Shown one piece after another: positions 17,004-24,585 of a DNA stretch of 63,575 nt. Under the pieces are notes generated by a model. That model ran no database searches. It saw nothing but the letters and a program-made list of their open reading frames with translations, and was not told the origin of the DNA. The position numbers and the translations under genes are program-made. Source of the DNA: an uncultured Candidatus Saccharibacteria bacterium (GTDB taxonomy: Bacteria > Patescibacteriota > Minisyncoccia > Phycocordibacterales > JBBTRF01); NCBI GenBank assembly GCA_964602975.1, contig CAZRTH010000004.1:1-63575 (forward strand). The letters are read 5' to 3'. Each line of letters starts with the position of its first letter. Positions within the stretch are counted from its first letter, which is position 1.

Positions 17004-19004
17004 GTGAAACACCTCGAATCTCTCAATTCCGAGCAAAAAGAAGCCGTTTTACAAATCGAGGGACCGCTTTTGATCCTCGCCGGAGCTGGAGCGGGCAAGA
17101 CCAAGACTGTCACTCATCGCATCCTCCACATCGTGAAGCAGGGAATCGCTCCGCATCACGTGCTGGCGATCACTTTCACCAACAAAGCGGCGAAGGAGAT
17201 GCGCGAGCGCGTGCTGAAGCTGATCCGCGAAGACACGACGCTCAACTTGCCGGTAAGCTTCGAGGAAAAGCCATTTGTGAGCACCTTCCACGCGCTCGGA
17301 GTACATATTTTGAAAGAAAACAGCCGGCTCATCGGTCTCAATCGTCATTTCACCATCTTCGACAAGACCGATGCCACCTCCGCGGTGAAAGCGGCAGTCA
17401 TTGAAGCCGGTCTCGACCCCAAACAATTCGAACCGGCGAAAATTCTCCGTGTCATTTCCCGTGAGAAGGGCAATCTTATCACTGTCGAAGCCTTTACCCG
17501 CCTGACCAGCAACGAATATTTTTCCAATATCGTCGCCACCGTCTGGAAAAAGTATGAGGAGCACCTAAAGAAGGAACAGGCGCTCGACTTCGACGACCTG
17601 CTACTGAAAACTGCACTGCTTTTGCGCGATCACAAAGAAGTGCTTGAGCGATACCAGGGTATTTGGAGATATATTCACATCGATGAGTACCAAGACACCA
17701 ACAAAGTGCAGTACATGATCGCCAAATTGCTCGCAAGCAAGACGCGCAACCTCTGTGTGGTCGGTGACATCGACCAAAATATCTATAGCTGGCGCGGGGC
17801 GGACATCAAGAACATTATGGATTTTGAAAAAGATTATCCTGAAGCGAAAGTCGTGACGCTCGAGGAGAATTATCGATCGACCAAAACCATTTTGGACACG
17901 GCCAACGCGGTGATCAAGAAAAACAAGAAGCGTCGCGAGAAAAACCTCTTCACACGGCAGGGGGCGGGGGAGAAGATCGTGATGTTCGAAGGATACGACG
18001 AGGTGGAGGAAGCGCACTATATCGCCGAGAAATCCAACGAGCTGATCCGTGGCGGAGTAGAGCCAAATGAGATCGCTGTGCTGTTTCGAGCCAACTTCCA
18101 ATCGCGCATTCTCGAAGAGGCATTTTTGGCGCACAGCGTGCCGTACCAACTGCTTGGTACCAAATTTTTTGAACGCAAAGAGATCAAGGATGCACTGTCG
18201 TATTTGCGTGCCGCATTGAATCCGCAAGGCTTGGCCGACTTGAAGCGCATTATCAACGAACCGCCGCGCGGCATCGGCAAGGTGACCTTGCTGAAAATAT
18301 TTAGCGGGCAGGAGGAAAGCTTGAGCGGGGCAGTGCGTGACAAAATCCAGAGCTTCCGCAACGTGCTGGCACAGATCCGCGATCTTGCGACCCGCGAGAA
18401 GCCGTCTTCGGTGATGCGCTTTGTGATCTCGGCGAGCGGATTGGAAGCTGAATACAAAAAAGGCACCGAGGAAGACCTCGAACGTCTCGAAAACTTGCAG
18501 GAATTGGTTACACTCTCCACCAAATATGACCATTTGCCGCCGGTCAAATTTGCTGTTGACGGATCGAATCTTGTGAGCGACACCAGCACATCTTCCGGTA
18601 TAGAAAAGCTGATCGAAGAAGCCGCGCTGCAGTCCGACCAAGACGAAATGAAGGAAGCGAAAAATACCGTAAAGCTCATGACCGTCCATGCGTCAAAAGG
18701 ACTCGAATTCGAACACGTCTTCATCAGCGGACTTGAACAAGATCTTTTCCCGCACCTGAAACTGAGCGAGCAATCGATGAGCGAGTCGGAATCCGAAGAA
18801 GAGCGCCGACTTTTCTACGTCGCCCTCACTCGCGCGAAGAAGCGCCTCTACCTCACTTTCGCCGGCGTGCGCACCATTTTCGGCAGCAAACGCATGAATG
18901 TACCCTCGGAATTTCTCGGAGACATCGCTGATCACAATGTCGAGGCAGCCTCATACGAATATCAACGCCCTGCTCGCACCGGCCGCTCTTTCTATTTCGA
19001 CTAA
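17004..19004 (+). CDS. pcrA: ATP-dependent DNA helicase PcrA/UvrD
   Basis: 666 aa with a GTG start. Walker A AGAGAGKTKT, motif II DEYQDTN and C-terminal VALTRAKKRLYL. Confidence 0.9.
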   Translation: MKHLESLNSEQKEAVLQIEGPLLILAGAGAGKTKTVTHRILHIVKQGIAPHHVLAITFTNKAAKEMRERVLKLIREDTTLNLPVSFEEKPFVSTFHALGVHILKENSRLIGLNRHFTIFDKTDATSAVKAAVIEAGLDPKQFEPAKILRVISREKGNLITVEAFTRLTSNEYFSNIVATVWKKYEEHLKKEQALDFDDLLLKTALLLRDHKEVLERYQGIWRYIHIDEYQDTNKVQYMIAKLLASKTRNLCVVGDIDQNIYSWRGADIKNIMDFEKDYPEAKVVTLEENYRSTKTILDTANAVIKKNKKRREKNLFTRQGAGEKIVMFEGYDEVEEAHYIAEKSNELIRGGVEPNEIAVLFRANFQSRILEEAFLAHSVPYQLLGTKFFERKEIKDALSYLRAALNPQGLADLKRIINEPPRGIGKVTLLKIFSGQEESLSGAVRDKIQSFRNVLAQIRDLATREKPSSVMRFVISASGLEAEYKKGTEEDLERLENLQELVTLSTKYDHLPPVKFAVDGSNLVSDTSTSSGIEKLIEEAALQSDQDEMKEAKNTVKLMTVHASKGLEFEHVFISGLEQDLFPHLKLSEQSMSESESEEERRLFYVALTRAKKRLYLTFAGVRTIFGSKRMNVPSEFLGDIADHNVEAASYEYQRPARTGRSFYFD

Positions 19005-19031
19005 TTTCGGGTAGGGTAGAGAGACGAAAAG

Positions 19032-19847
19032 ATGCATCTTCCCGCCAAAAAATCGCTCGGTCAGAACTTCCTCAAATCCAAAGAGGCGGTGCGAGACATT
19101 GTGTCTGCAGCGGACATCCAGCCGGGCGACAATATCCTTGAGATTGGCCCCGGAAATGGTGTTTTGACGGAAGCTCTGCTTGCCAAACTCTCCGCAAGCG
19201 GCCGTCTCATCGCCATCGAAAAAGACGACCGCATGATCCCGCTTCTGCGCGAAGCCTTCGCCGGATCGCTCGCATCAGGCAAACTCATCCTCATCCACGG
19301 CGATATTTTGGAAATGACCATCGAGAAGCTTGCTGAATGTGGCCTGCGCGCAGGGCAGTACAAGATCATCGCCAACATTCCGTACTACATCACTGGCCAG
19401 CTCCTTCGCATGTTTCTCGAATCGGAATATCAGCCAAGCAAAATGGTGCTTATGTTACAAAAAGAAGTGGCTCAACGCATCGTCGCTCGCGATGGCAAAG
19501 AAAGTATCTTGTCTATCAGTGTGAAGGCATATGGTACACCGAAATATATCGCAAAAGTTCCGGCAAAATATTTTTCTCCTGAACCAGCAGTGGATTCCGC
19601 CATTTTGCTTATCGATGGAATATCAAAACGATTCTTCGCTGAAAATAATTTGGCTGAGAAGGCATTTTTTGAAGTGGTGAAGAAAGGCTTCGCGCACAAG
19701 CGAAAGATATTGGCGAGCAATTTAGAGATCCCGCAAGAAAAGCGTGCGGAAATCCTCGCGCCGCTTGGTCTCAACGAAAAAGCTCGGGCGGAGGAGGTCA
19801 CACTCGAACAGTGGAGAGCGCTTTCCTTGTTCAAGATTACTAGTTAG
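19032..19847 (+). CDS. rsmA: 16S rRNA (adenine1518/1519-N6)-dimethyltransferase
   Basis: KSLGQNFL start motif, LEIGPGNGVLT SAM-binding site and NIPYYIT. Confidence 0.9.
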   Translation: MHLPAKKSLGQNFLKSKEAVRDIVSAADIQPGDNILEIGPGNGVLTEALLAKLSASGRLIAIEKDDRMIPLLREAFAGSLASGKLILIHGDILEMTIEKLAECGLRAGQYKIIANIPYYITGQLLRMFLESEYQPSKMVLMLQKEVAQRIVARDGKESILSISVKAYGTPKYIAKVPAKYFSPEPAVDSAILLIDGISKRFFAENNLAEKAFFEVVKKGFAHKRKILASNLEIPQEKRAEILAPLGLNEKARAEEVTLEQWRALSLFKITS

Positions 19848-19861
19848 CGCCGGACGAGCAA

Positions 19862-21319
19862 CTAAAGACGAATATCAGCAACGAGAAAGGCCTGCCCGAC
19901 CGGGACGCTCGTGATCCTTCCTGACGAATCAATAATGGCCGACTCGAGGCCTTTGGTGGAGACGATGATGTGTTTGCCGGATTCGATCGCTTTCATAATT
20001 GCCGTTTGTCTGCCGCGGCGAGCCACGATCGATGATCCAAAAATAGCGTCGTTGCCGCTCACTGCGATGATATCAACTTCACGGGCGCGAGCGATGACGT
20101 CGGAATACAATATCTCTGAACAAATGAGAGGGAATATCCTGCCGGCGGCAGTCTCAAAGAAAAATGGCGACCTGTCGTGATCAGCGGAAAAATCTTTTTC
20201 CGAAAGCGGTAGCGGGTGGTGTTTGTGATAGATGCTTCGAATACTGCCCGCCTCGATGTGTACGATGGAGTTGAACAGTTGGGCATCTTTTTTGCTGTGC
20301 AGACCGATCAGGAAAGCAGTGTTTGGCGAGGCAGCCGACCAACCAAGCAACGTGTCGTACACTTTTTTTATCGTCGATCCGGGCAATTGATATCCGATCG
20401 GCAGGTTGAGTGCTTCGTCGATCACCAAAAAGGAGAGGGTGTTTTCTGGAAACACGATCACTGCCGGTTTTTCCTCGAGTGCAGCCTTGGCCGCAGCTTC
20501 GTAGTAGGTGAATCCGGCTAAACCGATACTCTCCTCTTGAGTAGTGAGGTGTGAATGGATGACTGCGACTCGCACAGTGCGATGCGCCGACCTTGCGACA
20601 TCACCTGCGTCATTACTGCCGATACTATTCAGCATTTCGATGCGATAGTATCCAAAAACAACGGTCGCTACTAGCAAAAAAACCGCTCCAACAAGCTGCG
20701 CCGCGTGTATCTGCACTTTTTCGACGGTCTTCGCGAAGAAACTTTCATGCAAACACACATTGACCGCCACAGCCAATGCTCCTAGTCCATATATGCCGAC
20801 CACTGAAGCAATTTGTCGAATATACGGCTCTGATGCAAGACTTATTCCCAGTTCTTGCCAGGCGATTCCTCCCGGGATGAGTGTTCTGAGGTACTCGAGT
20901 AGCGCCCATACAGCGGCAAGGGCGACAACCCGCAGAGGCCACCATCGAAACCAACGAGAAAGACTGTTTTGGGCACGTATTTTTTTATATGCGAGAGCAA
21001 AAAGTATGAAGAATGGAGCATTGCCGATAGCCGCCAACACCGCAAGGAATGTGTACAGAGCGGCCTCTTTATATTCGAAGAGTGTAGCGGTTCGCTCGAT
21101 CCACCACCACGCATTGGTGCTTGCCAGAGGAAAAAGAGAGTAGCAGCCGTACATCATACCGAGCGCGGCGCTACCAATACAGAGCTGACGAGTATTGGTG
21201 CTTCGTTCGATAAAAATGAGGAATGGGATGAGTGCGACGAAGGCCAGCCAGCCGATTTCGAGCGGCGGAAAGGTAGCGCAGAGCAGGATCGCGGACAACA
21301 CGGGAAGCAGAAAAAGCAT
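19862..21319 (-). CDS. lnt: Apolipoprotein N-acyltransferase
   Basis: 485 aa. Polytopic N-terminal half plus a C-terminal CN-hydrolase domain with putative E-K-C triad contexts (VIVFPENT, YHKHHPLPLSE, PLICSEILY). Confidence 0.8.
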   Translation of the reverse strand: MLFLLPVLSAILLCATFPPLEIGWLAFVALIPFLIFIERSTNTRQLCIGSAALGMMYGCYSLFPLASTNAWWWIERTATLFEYKEAALYTFLAVLAAIGNAPFFILFALAYKKIRAQNSLSRWFRWWPLRVVALAAVWALLEYLRTLIPGGIAWQELGISLASEPYIRQIASVVGIYGLGALAVAVNVCLHESFFAKTVEKVQIHAAQLVGAVFLLVATVVFGYYRIEMLNSIGSNDAGDVARSAHRTVRVAVIHSHLTTQEESIGLAGFTYYEAAAKAALEEKPAVIVFPENTLSFLVIDEALNLPIGYQLPGSTIKKVYDTLLGWSAASPNTAFLIGLHSKKDAQLFNSIVHIEAGSIRSIYHKHHPLPLSEKDFSADHDRSPFFFETAAGRIFPLICSEILYSDVIARAREVDIIAVSGNDAIFGSSIVARRGRQTAIMKAIESGKHIIVSTKGLESAIIDSSGRITSVPVGQAFLVADIRL

Positions 21320-21353
21320 GTTTCAATTGTAACGCACTTTCGACCTACCAGAA

Positions 21354-21362
21354 TGGTATAAT
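21354..21362 (+). promoter_or_regulatory. Extended -10 promoter element (TGgTATAAT) for the T4SS-like operon
   Basis: TGGTATAAT ends 11 nt before the ATG at 21374, which implies a very short or absent leader. No clear -35 is seen. Confidence 0.45.
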
Positions 21363-21373
21363 GCGTTCACCTC

Positions 21374-22414
21374 ATGCATCACCTGCGCCATCGGCATCAT
21401 CGTTCACTGAGCTTGCTGCACGCTTCGCTATTTCTCGCGATCGTCCTCTTTGCTGTAGTTTTTTTTCCGAAAAACTCTCGAGCCGAAGATGAATTTTTGT
21501 ATCGAGCACTCCGACTCGGTGATTCCGGCACTGACGTGACGCTCCTCCAAAAGAAATTGAATGCCGATCCGGATACGCGCGTAGCAGAAACCGGCCCGGG
21601 TTCGCCGGGAAATGAGACGCTTCGTTTCGGCATGCTCACTCGCGATGCAGTCATTCGTTTTCAGGAAAAATATTTTGCTGAGATCCTCGTGCCGATCGGC
21701 TTGAGCAAAGGTACCGGTTTTGTTGGCGAAGCAACAAGACGCGTGCTGAACAAAAGCGCTGTCGTCGCGCCCACGGCACCAGCAACACCTCCATCTACGC
21801 CGGCACCAACTCCAGCTCCTACTCCGGCCCCAACAGCAAAAACCGATCTCTACATCACCTTTCCTTCGAGCTACTATGGCCCGCGCGGCTCCAAGCTCAG
21901 CATCGGTGGGAAGGGTTTCACCAAAACCAAAAATACCCTTTATCTTGGCCCTGAATTTCAGATCACGGATATTTCTTCGAGTGACGGCGCAAATATCACA
22001 GTCACTATTCCTGACAACGCGCCGTATGGAAAACATGTCACCTGGGTGGAGAATGTGAATGGCAAAACGATCAACACTAGCTTCTATGTTGTGACAAAAG
22101 AAGGTTCTGTCCCGCCGGTGATCAAAAGTGTGAGTCCGGAGAGCGGTCTCTACGGTCAGCAGGTGACTGTGTACGGCGAAAACTTTGCTCCACAGGGGAA
22201 TGAGATTTTGACAAACTATCATATAATTAAAGACGTGCCGTCGCCCGATGGCACGTCACTCACCTTCTCCGTCACGCCCTTTCCTGATATTCCGCAGCTT
22301 CAGGTGGGAGTAGACCTCAAGAGAGGGATCGAAGCAGTGATGACCTTCTATGTTGTCAACGAGAACGGCGTGAGCAACAAAGAAAAGCCGGGGAAATTCA
22401 CTCTCAAAATATAA
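21374..22414 (+). CDS. Secreted peptidoglycan-binding (PG_binding_1-like) protein with IPT/TIG-like repeats
   Basis: Signal/anchor sequence, then LRLGDSGTDVTLLQKKLN...LTRDAVIRFQEKY (PG-binding pattern). A Pro/Thr/Ala linker follows, then two similar beta-rich modules (ITFPSSYYGPRGSKLSIGGKGF / IKSVSPESGLYGQQVTVYGENF). Confidence 0.65.
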   Translation: MHHLRHRHHRSLSLLHASLFLAIVLFAVVFFPKNSRAEDEFLYRALRLGDSGTDVTLLQKKLNADPDTRVAETGPGSPGNETLRFGMLTRDAVIRFQEKYFAEILVPIGLSKGTGFVGEATRRVLNKSAVVAPTAPATPPSTPAPTPAPTPAPTAKTDLYITFPSSYYGPRGSKLSIGGKGFTKTKNTLYLGPEFQITDISSSDGANITVTIPDNAPYGKHVTWVENVNGKTINTSFYVVTKEGSVPPVIKSVSPESGLYGQQVTVYGENFAPQGNEILTNYHIIKDVPSPDGTSLTFSVTPFPDIPQLQVGVDLKRGIEAVMTFYVVNENGVSNKEKPGKFTLKI

Positions 22415-22786
22415 ATGCTCGCTTTTTTCAAAAAATTCCGTCTCTCCATCGCGATCATCCTCGCGGCCTGCTTGATAGCTGGCACTTTTGTGTACAGAGC
22501 GAACGCTGTCACCGGTCTACCTTTCGGCGGAATGGTCGTTTCCACAGTCTACTGCACCTGCACGAATGCTTTTCTCATCACCATCGCTCTCCCTATTCCC
22601 GGAAATTACCTCTACTTTCCGGGCACACCGCAGTTTGCCTACTACCAGCTCCCACGAACCGGAGTGTGGACGATCGGCCTATATGCTCCAGGCGGTGCCT
22701 GCCTGATGTTTGCGGGCAAAGCCGGCTGCGTGCCGTATGCACTCCAACCATTTGGAACGATCGAATTTGCCGGAACCTCGCTATGA
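22415..22786 (+). CDS. Hypothetical small secreted Cys-containing protein
   Basis: 123 aa with an N-terminal signal (AACLIAGTFVYRANA) and six Cys. Its ATG directly abuts the upstream stop codon. Confidence 0.55.
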   Translation: MLAFFKKFRLSIAIILAACLIAGTFVYRANAVTGLPFGGMVVSTVYCTCTNAFLITIALPIPGNYLYFPGTPQFAYYQLPRTGVWTIGLYAPGGACLMFAGKAGCVPYALQPFGTIEFAGTSL

Positions 22787-23664
22787 AACCTCTTTACACA
22801 AAAATCGCACTTGGAATCATTGTTGCCGGCCTAGCGGGTGGGATCGTAGTGCTTGCGCGCACTGAAAAGAGCATTGATCTCGGATTGGCAGACGAAAATA
22901 GCGGACCGAAGATTCAACCGATATCCGGAAGCAACGAGGGACTTTTCAGAGACACTTTTAACGCTTCCGATCCTGAAAATGGAGTCTCCGTCACCGAATC
23001 CAAGGTCTCCGAAGCCGCGAAAAGTTTCGACAAGCGCAATCTGACCGACCGCATCTCCATCGACCTCTTTGCCAAGTATCTCGTCCTGAAAAATAACGGG
23101 CAGGAGATCACCCCCGAGGTGCAGGAGGCTCTGGTAAAGAACGTGATCGAGGAAAATATGCAGAAAATCGAGTATCAGAGCTATTCTACGGCCAATCTGA
23201 AGGGTATTTCGAATCCAACTATCGCCCAAATCCGAGAGTATGGAAATACTCTTGCCACGCTGATCATCGAAAATTCGCCCAAAAAACAGGCTGAAAACGA
23301 ACTCGCCTTGTTGGCAAAAGTGGCGGACGAAGGCGGCAATTCGGAGAGTTTGGCTGAACTGAAGGCCATAGCGACTGCCTACAGGATCGTGGCTGAAAAA
23401 CTGCTCGCAATGACAGTACCGATCGATGCAAGAGCGAACCATATCGCCCTCGCCGAGATCGCCGGCAAGATCGGGGTCAATATCAGCAATTTTGCCCTAT
23501 TCGAGACTGATCCAGCCTCCACGATCTCTCACGTAGCTGCTTATGATGAGAATGTCTCGACCCTAAACACGGTACTGCACGCGATCAGCAGTTACTTCGC
23601 TCAAAAAGGCATTGTGTACTCCACAAAAGAGCCCGGTTATGCCTTTACCCTTATAGGGCAGTGA
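22783..23664 (+). CDS. Hypothetical membrane-anchored protein
   Basis: Start chosen at the ATG at 22783 (ATGA overlap with the upstream stop), giving MKPLYTKIALGIIVAGLAGGIVVLA. The rest is helical and acidic. The tracked ORF 22666 extension was rejected. Confidence 0.6.
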   Translation: MKPLYTKIALGIIVAGLAGGIVVLARTEKSIDLGLADENSGPKIQPISGSNEGLFRDTFNASDPENGVSVTESKVSEAAKSFDKRNLTDRISIDLFAKYLVLKNNGQEITPEVQEALVKNVIEENMQKIEYQSYSTANLKGISNPTIAQIREYGNTLATLIIENSPKKQAENELALLAKVADEGGNSESLAELKAIATAYRIVAEKLLAMTVPIDARANHIALAEIAGKIGVNISNFALFETDPASTISHVAAYDENVSTLNTVLHAISSYFAQKGIVYSTKEPGYAFTLIGQ

Positions 23665-23678
23665 GCTAAAATTGAGGG

Positions 23679-24584
23679 GTGAAGCGATTTCGCATTGCCA
23701 ATGCCGGAAAAGGCGCGTTGTGCTCGTTGCTCGTGGCCTCGATCCTCCTTGTTTCCCTCGTACCGAGCGATCTTGCCTTCGCGCCAAAGAAAGCAGAGGC
23801 TTTTTTCGGGTGTGTTCCAAGGCCGGCAATACCAGCAGTAGTGCCGATCGCAGTTCCGACCATTGATCTTGGCGTGATTTCAGTCACAACGCAAATAGGA
23901 CTGTCGCAAAACGCCATCACCGATCGAAAGTGTTTCCTCGACTTCATTGTGAAAACTATTTCGAGAGCAGTGGTGCATGCGCTGGTATCTTCCATCATCG
24001 ACTGGATCAACCGCGGATTCGAGGGCGGACCGACATTCGTCACTGACCCTGCCGGATTTTTTGGAAACATTGCCGATCAAGAAATTGGGCGAATGATTGA
24101 CGGCTCGGCTCTCGGATTCGTCTGCGACCCATTCCGTCTTCAACTACAACTTTCCTTCCTCCAACAACGAAACCGTGCGGTCTCGCCTTCGCGCTGTAGC
24201 ATCACGAGCATTGTGAAAAACTTCCAAGGATTCGTGAATGGCAATTTCAATCAGGGAGGGTGGCAGGGTTGGGTGTCGATGACAAGCAAGCCCCAAAACA
24301 ATCCCTTTGGCTCGCAGATACTCGCGGAAGAAGTGCTCGCCGCTCGAGTGACCAGCCGCCAAAATACCGCTAAAGTCTCGCTCGATTGGGGCAAGGGCTT
24401 CAAATCGCTGCTTTCGAGCGATGGCACCATCAAGACTCCCGGCTCACTCATCGAAGGCCAGCTACAGAAAGCTACGGGCAACGAGTTGGATTACCTCAAC
24501 TTGGCCCGAGAGTTCGACGATATCGTAATCGCTTTGATAAACCAGGGCCTCAGTCAGATCATGAGTAGCGGCCTGAAGAAATAA
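23679..24584 (+). CDS. Hypothetical secreted protein
   Basis: 301 aa with a GTG start and a signal peptide (LVASILLVSLVPSDLAFA). I recognise no motif. Confidence 0.55.
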   Translation: MKRFRIANAGKGALCSLLVASILLVSLVPSDLAFAPKKAEAFFGCVPRPAIPAVVPIAVPTIDLGVISVTTQIGLSQNAITDRKCFLDFIVKTISRAVVHALVSSIIDWINRGFEGGPTFVTDPAGFFGNIADQEIGRMIDGSALGFVCDPFRLQLQLSFLQQRNRAVSPSRCSITSIVKNFQGFVNGNFNQGGWQGWVSMTSKPQNNPFGSQILAEEVLAARVTSRQNTAKVSLDWGKGFKSLLSSDGTIKTPGSLIEGQLQKATGNELDYLNLAREFDDIVIALINQGLSQIMSSGLKK

Positions 24585-24585
24585 C

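Noticed and set aside
17601-18724. 362-aa and 235-aa minus-strand ORFs
   Set aside because: They are antisense to pcrA (Walker A and DEYQD present on the plus strand) and are shadow ORFs.
21428-22222. 264-aa minus-strand ORF
   Set aside because: It is antisense to the first gene of the secretion operon. The plus-strand product has a signal peptide, a PG-binding motif and repeated IPT-like modules.
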